Shown: positions 53,087 through 63,660 of the stretch, piece by piece | How positions within the stretch are numbered: position 1 is the first letter of the stretch | Layout: each line of letters begins with the position of its first letter | NCBI GenBank assembly: GCA_964014485.1 | Contig: CAXHAT010000012.1 | Location: 204 to 64,203, forward strand | DNA: 64,000 nt | Direction of reading: 5' to 3' | Source: an uncultured Deferribacteres bacterium | GTDB taxonomy: Bacteria > Zhuqueibacterota > Zhuqueibacteria > Zhuqueibacterales > Geothermadaptataceae | The notes under the pieces: generated by a model | Databases searched by the model: none | What the model saw: only the letters and a program-made list of their open reading frames with translations | What the model was told of the DNA's origin: nothing | Made by a program: the position numbers and the translations under genes

Positions 53087-53363
53087 AGCGTTTCGTTGGG
53101 GCAATCGGCGTCGAAAAATCAAAACGCCGCACAGAACCGCTTGGGGGCACTGGCTGGCATTAGTCCGCTACAGCCTGAATAAAATGATCGGAAACTGACC
53201 AGCGTCTTGCACAATCCGTCGAAAAAGCTGACTTCTCCACGCCCGAGTTTTATCACAATTCGTTCATTTTGGCTTCCCGCTGGATTTGATTCCGCCCTAA
53301 ACTTCGAGTTTCGCTGCTTGAGCGCCCCTTCAAAGATTAATATTTGCAAATAAGACAAGTCAC

Positions 53364-53379
53364 CGGCACATTCTTTGCG
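53364..53379 (+). promoter_or_regulatory. Candidate sigma-54 (-24/-12) promoter
   Basis: 'cGGCACattctTTGCg': the GG (53365-66) and GC (53377-78) have consensus spacing (TGGCAC-N5-TTGC). It lies ~45 nt upstream of ATG 53424 and downstream of the sigma-54 activator gene. Confidence 0.45.
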
Positions 53380-53423
53380 AAAACCAAAGCGTTAGGAATT
53401 GCTTGATATGTAGAGGTGTGCAA

Positions 53424-54101
53424 ATGAGTTCAGACAGGAAGACAATTCTCATTGCGGACGATGAAGAAGATTTGACTTGGAGCGTATCGCGCTATCTTCG
53501 GAAAAATGACTGCACATTTGATGTTGAATGTGTGGGGACCGCCGATGAAGCTTTGCTACGCGTTGAAGAAAAATCGTTCGATCTCATTATTTCAGATGTG
53601 AGGATGCCTGGAATAAGCGGTTTGGAATTATACCGCGTTGTTCAACAAAGATGGCCGAGCACCGGTTTCATCGTTATGACCGCCTACGGCTCTGAACAGG
53701 TTGAGCAATTGACGTTTGGAGGCAGCAGCCTGCGTTATATCGAAAAACCTTTCGAATTGGCTGTTTTTCGGGACGTTGTTTATCAAACGCTGAACAAGCC
53801 GAGGCCGCGCCGACGATTGCCTGTTGCGGATACCGGGATTAGAGATATCATCAAACTTCATTGCCAAACGCGCAACACGTCTCGCCTGACGCTTGAAAAA
53901 GGCATTCAAAAGGGAAATATTTATTTTCAGAACGGGGAAATTGTCCACGCCGAGTGTGGGGAGCTGGAAGGCGAAATCGCTTTAGGCAGCATTCTCGATT
54001 GGAAACAGGCGGAGTCTTACCTGAGGAACAAAGAATTTTCAAGCAAACGGACAATCAACCGCCGCTGGCAGAATTTGCTCAACGCCTCTTTGGCTGAGTG
54101 A
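53424..54101 (+). CDS. Response regulator receiver + DUF4388 (PATAN-type) domain protein
   Basis: The receiver is 'ILIADDEEDL...DLIISDVRMPGISG'. The C-terminal 'LTLEKGIQKGNIYFQNGEIVHAECGELEGEIALGSILDW' is typical of DUF4388. Confidence 0.75.
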   Translation: MSSDRKTILIADDEEDLTWSVSRYLRKNDCTFDVECVGTADEALLRVEEKSFDLIISDVRMPGISGLELYRVVQQRWPSTGFIVMTAYGSEQVEQLTFGGSSLRYIEKPFELAVFRDVVYQTLNKPRPRRRLPVADTGIRDIIKLHCQTRNTSRLTLEKGIQKGNIYFQNGEIVHAECGELEGEIALGSILDWKQAESYLRNKEFSSKRTINRRWQNLLNASLAE

Positions 54102-54122
54102 CCCTTCAAATGATCTTGCCTG

Positions 54123-54938
54123 ATGTGTGAAGTTGTCGCAATAGCCAGCCAGAAAGGGGGCGTTGGTAAAACAACAACTGCCGTAAATCTTGGAGCGAGT
54201 TTAGCAACATTGGGCTTCAAGACGCTCTTGATCGATCTTGACCCGCAAGGGAGCGCAACGGTTGGATTTGGCTTCGAAGAAATTGATGTTTCTCTCGGGC
54301 TGGCCGAATTCGCCAATGCGAAAACTGACCCATTTGATTGCATACACCCGTCCGGGCTTCCAAATCTCAAATTCATTCCCGCAAATATTTCTTCACTGAA
54401 TCGCTATCAAAACCGAGAAACAGAGCACCTTTCTGATTCTGCATTGTCGGAGCAATTTATCGCCCTTCGAGATGTGTTTGATTATATTCTCGTTGATTGT
54501 CCTCCGTCATTTTCGCAATGGACTTGTAACGCGTTAGCTTGCGCGGATTCAGTGATAGTGCCGATTCAATGCGAATATTACGCTCTCAAATCATTGGGCG
54601 GCTTTTTGCGAGCAATGCGGGAATTGAAGCGCGAAAGAAACATCACAGCTTCCTACAAAGGCTTTTTGCTGACTATGGTGGACATGAGAAATAATATCGC
54701 CAAACGCGTTTGCCATAGAGTACGATATACTTTGAGAGATCTGGTTTTCGAGACGGCCATACCGCGCAATGTCCGGCTGGCCGAAGCGCCCATGTACGGC
54801 CGACCTGCGTTGCAATTTGACCAAGCCAGCGCTGGAGCGCAAAGCTATTTGAAGCTGGCTTATGAAGTGCTCGAACAAGATCATCACTTGCACTCAAAAC
54901 AACTTGGAACAACGTCATCCGCACTGCAACATGGATAG
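54123..54938 (+). CDS. ParA/Soj-family ATPase
   Basis: It has the deviant Walker A 'SQKGGVGKTTTAVNLG' and 'ILVDCPPS'. Confidence 0.85.
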   Translation: MCEVVAIASQKGGVGKTTTAVNLGASLATLGFKTLLIDLDPQGSATVGFGFEEIDVSLGLAEFANAKTDPFDCIHPSGLPNLKFIPANISSLNRYQNRETEHLSDSALSEQFIALRDVFDYILVDCPPSFSQWTCNALACADSVIVPIQCEYYALKSLGGFLRAMRELKRERNITASYKGFLLTMVDMRNNIAKRVCHRVRYTLRDLVFETAIPRNVRLAEAPMYGRPALQFDQASAGAQSYLKLAYEVLEQDHHLHSKQLGTTSSALQHG

Positions 54939-55404
54939 AGAAAAATTTCGCCGCGAATTGCTCAAACAGGTCTTTTGCGAACAAAGTTATTTCTTTTATA
55001 TTTGCCAATCATCGATTCAAAACGGCGCACGAGATTGGGCTGAGATAGATTTTTCGAAGCTGTGGCGCTCTGAGTTAGAGCAGTTTTTTGTCTGTCGTGA
55101 ACCGGAATCGATTGAACGAAAACTGAAGAACCTGGATGAAAAGTTTTACGATACTTTTGAAAGGCGCATAATAAATCTGTCTTTAGAAACGCCTTCAAGA
55201 ACAACGTTTGCTTTGGAGCTTGAAGTGCAAGCGGAGAGATTTGTCCAGCTTATCATGGATAAGATGGGGGTTGCCGTAAATGGCGATATGGATGATTCAC
55301 TTAAACTGCCCGGGGAAAACGATCCGGAATTAAAAGAGCTTATCGCTGAAATCACCACCCACAACGTTTACAAAAACAGTCTTACGGAAGCCTTGCCGCA
55401 ATAG
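54931..55404 (+). CDS. Hypothetical protein
   Basis: ATG 54931 overlaps the ParA stop by 8 nt. No recognisable motif was found. The ORF is kept because of translational coupling and its length (157 aa). Confidence 0.4.
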   Translation: MDREKFRRELLKQVFCEQSYFFYICQSSIQNGARDWAEIDFSKLWRSELEQFFVCREPESIERKLKNLDEKFYDTFERRIINLSLETPSRTTFALELEVQAERFVQLIMDKMGVAVNGDMDDSLKLPGENDPELKELIAEITTHNVYKNSLTEALPQ

Positions 55405-55408
55405 TTGA

Positions 55409-57070
<1,662 letters not shown>

Positions 57071-57120
57071 TTGGTGTGAAACGATGAGGAAAGATTGAGT
57101 CGAGGGATTTATGAGAAGGC

Positions 57121-57160
57121 AAAAAACGCCGGGCATATAGTTGTTTTTACAGGCCCGGCG
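57121..57160 (-). terminator. Rho-independent terminator of rpsT
   Basis: On the minus strand the stem cgccgggc/gcccggcg (57153-60 / 57127-34) is followed by TTTTTT (complement of 57121-26). Confidence 0.65.
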
Positions 57161-57175
57161 ATTAAAAATTCGAAC

Positions 57176-57430
57176 TTAAGACAATGCGTTGACGTGGCGG
57201 CTCAACCGGGACTTCTTGTTAGCAGCATTGTTCTTATGAATGATCTTTTTCGAAGCCAACCTATCGAGCAAGCCCATTGCTTCCGGCAGGAGCTTCGCAG
57301 CCGCTTCTTTTTCCTCGGTTTGCAAAACTTTTTTCATCATAGTCTGCATCATTGATCTATAATGCCGATTTCTTTTGTTTTGCTCGAGGCTTTTACGAAT
57401 TCTTCTAATTGCTGATTTGTGATGAGCCAT
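57176..57430 (-). CDS. rpsT: 30S ribosomal protein S20
   Basis: The sequence is 'MAHHKSAIRRIRKSLEQNKRNRHYRS...'. The start is trimmed to the internal ATG, giving the typical ~85 aa. Confidence 0.9.
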   Translation of the reverse strand: MAHHKSAIRRIRKSLEQNKRNRHYRSMMQTMMKKVLQTEEKEAAAKLLPEAMGLLDRLASKKIIHKNNAANKKSRLSRHVNALS

Positions 57431-57608
57431 TCTTAGCTTCCGTTCATTGATTGGGAAATTGTCATTTTTGCAAGCGCGGAATATACCCAACGGGACAAGT
57501 TAAGTCAAGAAAATTATTGTTTTTATTCTCGTTGCAGGTTTTAAACGTCGTCTTGCAAAGACGTTCTTAACTTAAAGAAAAATGACGGTTTATGCTGACA
57601 CTAATCGC

Positions 57609-57637
57609 TTGACATTCTCTGCACCGTAGATTAAAAT
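57609..57637 (+). promoter_or_regulatory. Candidate sigma-70 promoter
   Basis: TTGACA (57609-14), a 17-nt spacer, then TAAAAT (57632-37). It lies upstream of the STAS gene. Confidence 0.45.
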
Positions 57638-57690
57638 TATTTTTCCAACTTCTAACTTTGTAGAATCGCAAAAAACAGGGAGCATGAAGA

Positions 57691-58035
57691 GTGAAAATCA
57701 ATACGGAAATTCAAAATGGGATTGCTGTTATTAAACTTAACGGGAAGCTTTTAGGCGGCCCTCCCGCTTCAGACGACATCAAAAACCAAGTCTATTCCTT
57801 GCTTGACGACGGGGTCAAAAAAATCGTTATCGATTTAGAGAAAGTCAGCCGAATGAACAGCTCCGGGCTTGGCATTTTGATCGCCAGCTTGACCTCGATC
57901 AAAAACCGTGACGGCGAATTACTTCTCGCCAGCGTTAACGAGACGATGGAAGGCGTTATGGTGATGACGAAGTTGGATTCGATTTTCACCATCCATAAAA
58001 CAGCGCAAGATGCGACAAACGCTTTCTCTTCTTAA
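57691..58035 (+). CDS. STAS-domain anti-sigma-factor antagonist (SpoIIAA-like)
   Basis: 114 aa. It has the 'IAVIKLNGKL...VIDLEKVSRMNSSGLGILI' pattern with a phosphorylatable Ser. GTG start. Confidence 0.8.
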   Translation: MKINTEIQNGIAVIKLNGKLLGGPPASDDIKNQVYSLLDDGVKKIVIDLEKVSRMNSSGLGILIASLTSIKNRDGELLLASVNETMEGVMVMTKLDSIFTIHKTAQDATNAFSS

Positions 58036-58121
58036 AAAAGAGCGAGCAATACAGGTTTATCAAAACGAAGAGACGCGATCCAAAAACATAAGAACTTTAT
58101 CTCATAAACTTGGAGGTTAAA

Positions 58122-60200
58122 GTGAAAGTATTCCCGACTGAGAACTTGCGAAATATTGGACTTTTGGGCCATGCCGCTGTAGGAAAAACTTCGCTTGCCG
58201 AAGCGATGCTTTTTTCTTCAGGCGCGGTGAATCGGCTTGGTTCAATCGACGACGGCTCAACGACTTCAGATTATCACTCCGAAGAAATCAGTCGGAAATT
58301 CTCGATCTCAACTTCGCTTTTGCACAGCGTTTGGAAAGACCATAAAGTTAATATCGTCGATACCCCGGGCTATAGCGATTTTGTCGGCGAAGTCTATGGC
58401 GCGATTCGAGCGATCGATGCTGCGGTGATTTTAGCTAGCGCTGTCAGCGGGGTCGAAGTCGGGACGGAAAATGCGTTTCATTTGGCAAAGGAAAACAACA
58501 AGCCGTCCTTGTTTTTCGTCAATCTTTGCGACCGGGAACATGCTGATTTTGGCAAAGCGGTTGACAGCCTCAAACAAAGCATTGGAGACGGCGTGATCCC
58601 TGTGCAACTGCCTGTAAACGCAGGGGAAGGATTTAGCACGATCGTCGATCTCATTAAAATGAAGGTCGTTGTTTACAACGAGCAAGGCAAAGGGAGCGCC
58701 GAAGACATTCCCGGCGATTTTGCCAGCGAGGCCGAAGCTGCACGAGAGCAATTAATAGAAACAGTGGCGGAATGTGATGACGAACTTTTGGAAAAATTTT
58801 TTGACGCAGGCGAACTGACGCAAGAGGAATTGTGTGAAGGACTAAAAAAGGGAATCGCCGAGAAAAAGCTCTTTCCTGTTTTGTGCGGTTCCGGGACAAA
58901 GGCTTGCGGTGCGGAGCAATTGTTAGACTTTGTCGTTGCCTTTTGCCCCAATCCTTCTGAAGTTGGCGAAGTGACCGCCCAAAAAACCGGCTCAGACGAA
59001 GCCGTGACTTTGGCGGTGGAAGACGGCGCGCCTTTATCGGCGCTGGTTTTTAAAACGCTCTCAGAACAGCATCTTGGCGAATTAAGTTTCTTCCGCATTT
59101 TCTCTGGACATGTTGATGCGAGCTCTGAAGTATTCAACTCGTCGCAAGGCGTGTCTGAGAAATTTGGCCAGTTATATGTGATGAACGGCAAGACGCGCGC
59201 AGACGCGCCCAAAATGAGTGCGGGTGATATTGGCGCGGTGGTAAAATTGAAAGACACGCACACAGGAAATACGATTTGCCAAAAAGCGAATGCCGTTAAG
59301 CTCCCTGAAATCAAATTTCCCGAGCCAGTTATTCGTGTTGCTGTTGAATCTAGAAACAAGGGCGATGAAGATAAGATCGGGATGGGGCTTTCCACACTGC
59401 ATCAAGAAGACCCGTCGTTTTCCGTTGTTGTCGATCCTGAATTGAGCCAAACCATTATTTCCGGCCAGGGCGAGCTGCATTTAGACATCATCGTCAAACG
59501 TATCTGTGAAAAATACGGCGTGGAGATCGACCAGAAAGAACCGAAAATTCCTTATCGTGAGGCGATCCGCGGGAAAGCGGAGGGACAGAGCAAATTTAAA
59601 AAGCAAAGCGGCGGCCGGGGGCAATACGGTGACGTTCATTTGCGACTTGAACCATTGCCTCGCGGAAGCGATTTTGAGTTTCTTGATGAGATTGTTGGCG
59701 GCGTCGTGCCTACCAAGTTTATCCCGGCAGTAGAAAAAGGAATTCGCGAAGCAATGGTCGATGGCGTTTTGGCGGGTTATCCGGTCGTTGACGTCAAGGT
59801 CGCGCTGTTCTACGGCAGCTACCACAACGTTGACTCGTCAGATATGGCGTTCAAAATAGCGGCTTCAATGGGATTCAAAAAGCTGTTCAGGGAAGCGAAT
59901 CCTGTGTTATTGGAACCGATTTATGACGTCGAAGTGAGAGTTCCTGAGGAATATATGGGCGACATCATGGGAGATATTTCAAGCCGCAGGGGCAAAATTT
60001 CAGGTATGGACAGCGAAGGAAGTTTCCAGATTATTAAAGCAAAAGCGCCGCTGGCCGAGCTGTATAAATACTCGACGACAATTCGCTCCTTAACACAAGG
60101 AAAAGGAATCCATCGACGTAAGTTTTCTCATTACGAAGAGGTTCCAAGAGACGTTCAGGAAAAAATTATCGAAGAGCATCAGGCTGCAAAAGACGCTTAA
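58122..60200 (+). CDS. Elongation factor G family GTPase (EF-G paralogue; not in the str operon context)
   Basis: G1 is 'GLLGHAAVGKTSLAEAML', G3 is 'NIVDTPGYSDF', and EF-G domains IV/V are present ('SYHNVDSSDMAFKIAA'). GTG 58122 is preferred because GGAGG lies 5 nt upstream. Confidence 0.9.
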   Translation: MKVFPTENLRNIGLLGHAAVGKTSLAEAMLFSSGAVNRLGSIDDGSTTSDYHSEEISRKFSISTSLLHSVWKDHKVNIVDTPGYSDFVGEVYGAIRAIDAAVILASAVSGVEVGTENAFHLAKENNKPSLFFVNLCDREHADFGKAVDSLKQSIGDGVIPVQLPVNAGEGFSTIVDLIKMKVVVYNEQGKGSAEDIPGDFASEAEAAREQLIETVAECDDELLEKFFDAGELTQEELCEGLKKGIAEKKLFPVLCGSGTKACGAEQLLDFVVAFCPNPSEVGEVTAQKTGSDEAVTLAVEDGAPLSALVFKTLSEQHLGELSFFRIFSGHVDASSEVFNSSQGVSEKFGQLYVMNGKTRADAPKMSAGDIGAVVKLKDTHTGNTICQKANAVKLPEIKFPEPVIRVAVESRNKGDEDKIGMGLSTLHQEDPSFSVVVDPELSQTIISGQGELHLDIIVKRICEKYGVEIDQKEPKIPYREAIRGKAEGQSKFKKQSGGRGQYGDVHLRLEPLPRGSDFEFLDEIVGGVVPTKFIPAVEKGIREAMVDGVLAGYPVVDVKVALFYGSYHNVDSSDMAFKIAASMGFKKLFREANPVLLEPIYDVEVRVPEEYMGDIMGDISSRRGKISGMDSEGSFQIIKAKAPLAELYKYSTTIRSLTQGKGIHRRKFSHYEEVPRDVQEKIIEEHQAAKDA

Positions 60201-60219
60201 GCTTAGCGCATGAGGCTAT

Positions 60220-60265
60220 AAATCCCGGCTATCGATTTTTTTCGGAGCCGGGATTTTTTCGTTTT
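60220..60265 (+). terminator. Rho-independent terminator
   Basis: The stem aaatcccggct/agccgggattt (60220-30 / 60246-56) is followed by a T-run 'ttttcgtttt'. Confidence 0.7.
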
Positions 60266-60493
60266 AGGCAAGGTGTATCAGCGCATCGTTTCATGTATGC
60301 GGAATACGCCTTCAAAAGACTTGTTTATCAATTCAACCTGCTTATTTTAGCTCAAGAGAAGATGATGTTGCCGACGATGAACGTTTTTCTCCGTGGTTTC
60401 GGAAGAAGCGGATCAGGAGTGTCTTTGAACATCCCTTCGCACTGGAGCCGAAAGGACCGCGCTCCTAATCAGGGACGATAAGGTTTGCACGAG

Positions 60494-61276
60494 ATGATTT
60501 TGAAAAACGGTACGTTAAGAAAGAAAAAAGAGCAAGAAGTCGCGTCAGACTATCTTTTGCGAATCAAAGATTGGAAAGTAAAAACGATGGTCGCTGCGTA
60601 TTTGGAGACGCGCGCTTCGTTCATTGACGCGTACAATTCCGCCAATCCCCGCACGTCATTTCCTTTCGAAACGCTAGAAGGGATTTGCGACACGCTTTAT
60701 GTTTTGAAGGAAGATCATCATACGATTTTCAAAAGAGTCGTCGGCTCGGAAAACGCAAAAAAAGACGATCTCCACAAATTCGTACCTTCACAAGCAGAAA
60801 TCGATTTTATTGCTATTGTCGGGCAGTTGTTCCACAAAGCGCTTGTTGCGCGCGAAATGAAGTACCTCTACAAGCATTATGACGTGATTTCACTCAGCGA
60901 CTCACGAGCGGAGACGGAACTGGATGAACAACTCGAGGAAATTCGAGAGTTGTTTGACGAAGGCGTACCGGTTGTGGTGAAATTCATAACTTTGCACGCT
61001 TCGAATATTGTCCTGCTGACCTACCTGTTTGAGAATATGCACCTCCTGCGTAAAAGCACCGGCTTCCGAGGGTATAGACTTCTGCGTGAACTGACCGGCC
61101 AAAAAAAACTTAGCGCCATGTACCTCATTGTCGGCAAGTACTACATCGAAAGCGGATGGTACAATAAAGCCGAAAAAATCTTGCGCAAGATTTTGAAGCG
61201 CAACCCGAAAAACCGCGAGGCGCACGAAGCGCTCAACGAAGTCAAAAAGAGCCAGGCGCTGCAGAAAAACATATAA
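60494..61276 (+). CDS. Hypothetical protein with C-terminal TPR-like helix pair
   Basis: 'LIVGKYYIESGWYNKAEKILRKILKRNPKNREAHEAL' is TPR-like. The rest is unrecognised. Confidence 0.5.
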   Translation: MILKNGTLRKKKEQEVASDYLLRIKDWKVKTMVAAYLETRASFIDAYNSANPRTSFPFETLEGICDTLYVLKEDHHTIFKRVVGSENAKKDDLHKFVPSQAEIDFIAIVGQLFHKALVAREMKYLYKHYDVISLSDSRAETELDEQLEEIRELFDEGVPVVVKFITLHASNIVLLTYLFENMHLLRKSTGFRGYRLLRELTGQKKLSAMYLIVGKYYIESGWYNKAEKILRKILKRNPKNREAHEALNEVKKSQALQKNI

Positions 61277-61303
61277 ACGGCTGTCGCGCAAATGCATTAA
61301 GAA

Positions 61304-61530
61304 GCTGTTTTAAAAGTCCCGCAGGGACGGTCGAAAGTAGCCCGGAAGTTCACTTCCGGGGAAGATGACGTTTTGTTTTTTGTCGAGTCCCGTCAGGGAC
61401 GGTTGAAATTTTACCGCGTTTCCAGCCTCAATCGTCCCTGGCGGGATTTAAAATCATAAGAGACCATCGGTTCCAGGCGATAAATCGCCTGGCTATTATC
61501 AAACACCCCCTACGGGACTTTTAAAACAGC
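61304..61530. repeat. MITE-like element: 23-nt terminal inverted repeats enclosing hairpin-rich ~180 bp
   Basis: Left arm gctgttttaaaagtcccgcaggg (61304-26). The reverse complement of the right arm (61508-30) is gctgttttaaaagtcccgtaggg, a 22/23 match. Internal copies of the GTCCCG.CAGGGACG core lie at 61388-61402 (direct) and 61433-61447 (inverted). There are also 8-bp hairpins at 61342-61359 and 61474-61493. Confidence 0.45.
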
Positions 61531-61555
61531 CTCTAAGCAATTTCAAGGTGATTCG

Positions 61556-62893
61556 ATGAATCGCTCCCATTTTAAGCTCCGCTCTGTGTTGGTCTTGCCA
61601 TTTCTTACACTTGTCGCATGTCAACCAAACCCTCCAAAAAGCACAATATATTTTGATTCAGCGCTTCAAACGGCGGCATGGTTAGAAAGTGTTTCCATTG
61701 AAAGCCAGGACGGATTGGCTTGGCCTGCAAACCCTGAAAAACCGGACGAACTCGCAACAAATTTATACTCCGGCTCTCCGGGCGTTGTGCTTTTCTATTT
61801 AGACCTTCACAAAGCGACCCGCGATGAAAAACATCTTAAAATGGCGATTCGTGGCGGCGAGTATTTATTGCAGACCTTGCCGGATACGCTCCATCCGGGG
61901 CAAACCGGACTCTACACAGGCGTTGCCGGAGTAGGATTCGTTTTTTCCGAACTATTCCGTGCTACCGGGAAGGCGAAATTTCGTGACGGCGCAGATCGCT
62001 GCGTGTCAATGCTTGCAAAATCAGTGAAGCGTATTGGCGACGGTGTGGAGTGGAATGAAGTGTCCGACATTGTCGGCGGCTTGGCGGGAACTGGGCTTTT
62101 CCTTTTGTATGCTGATGAACATTTGAAAAGCGACGCCGCGCTTGAGCTGGCCACAAAAGCGGGAAATCGGCTGCTCGACCTTGCGGAAAAAACGGATGAC
62201 GGCCTGAAATGGGCGATGACGCCAAGCTTTGCACGGCTCATGCCGAATTTTTCACACGGCACGGCAGGCAACGGCTATTTCCTGGCTGCACTTTTTGAGC
62301 GTACAAAGAACGAGGCTTTTCTAAATGCTGCGATCAGCGGCGCGGAATATTTGACGGCGGTTTCGGAAAAATCAGATTCTTTGGAAGGATTCATTTTTCA
62401 CCATGAGCCCGAAGGCGAAGATTTGTTTTATCTTGGCTGGTGCCATGGCCCGCCTGGAACCTCGCGGCTTTTTTACAAATTGTACCAGATCACCGGCGAA
62501 GCCGCCTGGCTTGAGCCGATAAAAACAGCCGCTGAAACAATTGTGCAGTCCGGCGTCCCGGAAAAACAAACGCCGGGATTTTGGAATAACGTCAGTCAAT
62601 GTTGCGGTTCAGCGGGGCTCGCGGAATTTTATCTCGCGTTGCATCGCGTGTTTGACGATGAACGCTATCTCGTTTTCGCCAAAAGAATCGCCGACAATTT
62701 GATTGAACGCAGCAACGGCGATGGATCGGGGCTAAAATGGATACAAGCCGAGCATCGCGTGCGTCCGGAATTGCTGATCGCGCAAACCGGCTACATGCAG
62801 GGCGCCGCTGGAATTGGGATGATGCTGCTGAGAATGGATGTTTCTCACACGCAAAGACACAATTTTATCGTTTTCCCCGACAACCCGTTCTAA
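61556..62893 (+). CDS. LanC-like (lanthionine synthetase C-like) protein with lipoprotein signal
   Basis: Seven GxxG-type repeats are present ('YSGSPGVVLF', 'YTGVAGVGFVF', 'GGLAGTGLFL', 'FSHGTAGNGYF', 'GWCHGPPGTS', 'CCGSAGLAEF', 'MQGAAGIGMML'), including the WCHG and CCG zinc-ligand contexts. The N-terminus has 'LTLVACQ'. Confidence 0.8.
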   Translation: MNRSHFKLRSVLVLPFLTLVACQPNPPKSTIYFDSALQTAAWLESVSIESQDGLAWPANPEKPDELATNLYSGSPGVVLFYLDLHKATRDEKHLKMAIRGGEYLLQTLPDTLHPGQTGLYTGVAGVGFVFSELFRATGKAKFRDGADRCVSMLAKSVKRIGDGVEWNEVSDIVGGLAGTGLFLLYADEHLKSDAALELATKAGNRLLDLAEKTDDGLKWAMTPSFARLMPNFSHGTAGNGYFLAALFERTKNEAFLNAAISGAEYLTAVSEKSDSLEGFIFHHEPEGEDLFYLGWCHGPPGTSRLFYKLYQITGEAAWLEPIKTAAETIVQSGVPEKQTPGFWNNVSQCCGSAGLAEFYLALHRVFDDERYLVFAKRIADNLIERSNGDGSGLKWIQAEHRVRPELLIAQTGYMQGAAGIGMMLLRMDVSHTQRHNFIVFPDNPF

Positions 62894-63012
62894 TCAAAAT
62901 CAGGTACGAAATCGTGATGAAACACGCTAGCAATTGATTCGTACCGAGAACATCATTCTAAGCGACTCACCTCAAAAATGACCTGTTAGTTTTATTTTCA
63001 GAGAGGAGAAAA

Positions 63013-63660
63013 ATGAAACGTCTACTCAGTGTTTTTCTGACATTTCTAATTTCATTGGTTGTCAGCGCGTGCAATTTGAGCGTTAACAAGAACGTTTACA
63101 TCGATGATGACGATAAGGACGGCGGCAGCCACACAACGGTCAACGGCAGCATTTTTGTCGGGAAGAATGCGGAAGTTGGTGATTGCACCACGGTCAACGG
63201 CCGGATCGAAATCGGCGCCGGCAGTGAAGTTTCCGACATGCAAACGGTCAACGGCAGCATTCGTTTGGACGAAGACGTTCGGGTGCGCGGAGACGTGCAG
63301 ACGGTTAACGGCGGTGTCACCTGCGATCGTAACGTTGAGGTGCGTGGTGATGTTGGCACGATCAACGGACCGATTGACTTAAGAAAAACGCGCGTTGACC
63401 GTCATGTGACGACTTATAACGGCGATATTACTTTGGAGGACGAAAGCATCGTCGACGGTGACATTGTGATCGAAAATAACAACGGCGATTCAAGCAAGCG
63501 CCGTCACATCAGAATTACCATCACGGAAGATTCGGTCGTGAAAGGCGACGTCATTGTGAAAGAGCGGGACGATCTTGAAGTCACGGTTTATCTTTCCAGA
63601 GGCGGAAAAGTCGAAGGGAAAATCGATCAGCGGGCCAAAGTCGAACGGAACGATTCGTGA
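63013..63660 (+). CDS. Lipoprotein with 'TVNG' beta-helix-like repeats
   Basis: The signal has lipobox 'LVVSAC'. 'T(V/I)NG.I' recurs about every 20 aa ('TTVNGSIFVG', 'TTVNGRIEIG', 'QTVNGSIRLD', 'QTVNGGVTCD', 'GTINGPIDLR', 'TTYNGDITLE'). Confidence 0.6.
   Translation: MKRLLSVFLTFLISLVVSACNLSVNKNVYIDDDDKDGGSHTTVNGSIFVGKNAEVGDCTTVNGRIEIGAGSEVSDMQTVNGSIRLDEDVRVRGDVQTVNGGVTCDRNVEVRGDVGTINGPIDLRKTRVDRHVTTYNGDITLEDESIVDGDIVIENNNGDSSKRRHIRITITEDSVVKGDVIVKERDDLEVTVYLSRGGKVEGKIDQRAKVERNDS

Noticed and set aside
61304-61530. The repeated GTCCC…GGGAC units could be a small CRISPR array.
   Set aside because: There are only four short cores, in mixed orientation with irregular spacing, and no cas genes. 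The terminal inverted-repeat structure fits a MITE or REP-like element instead.
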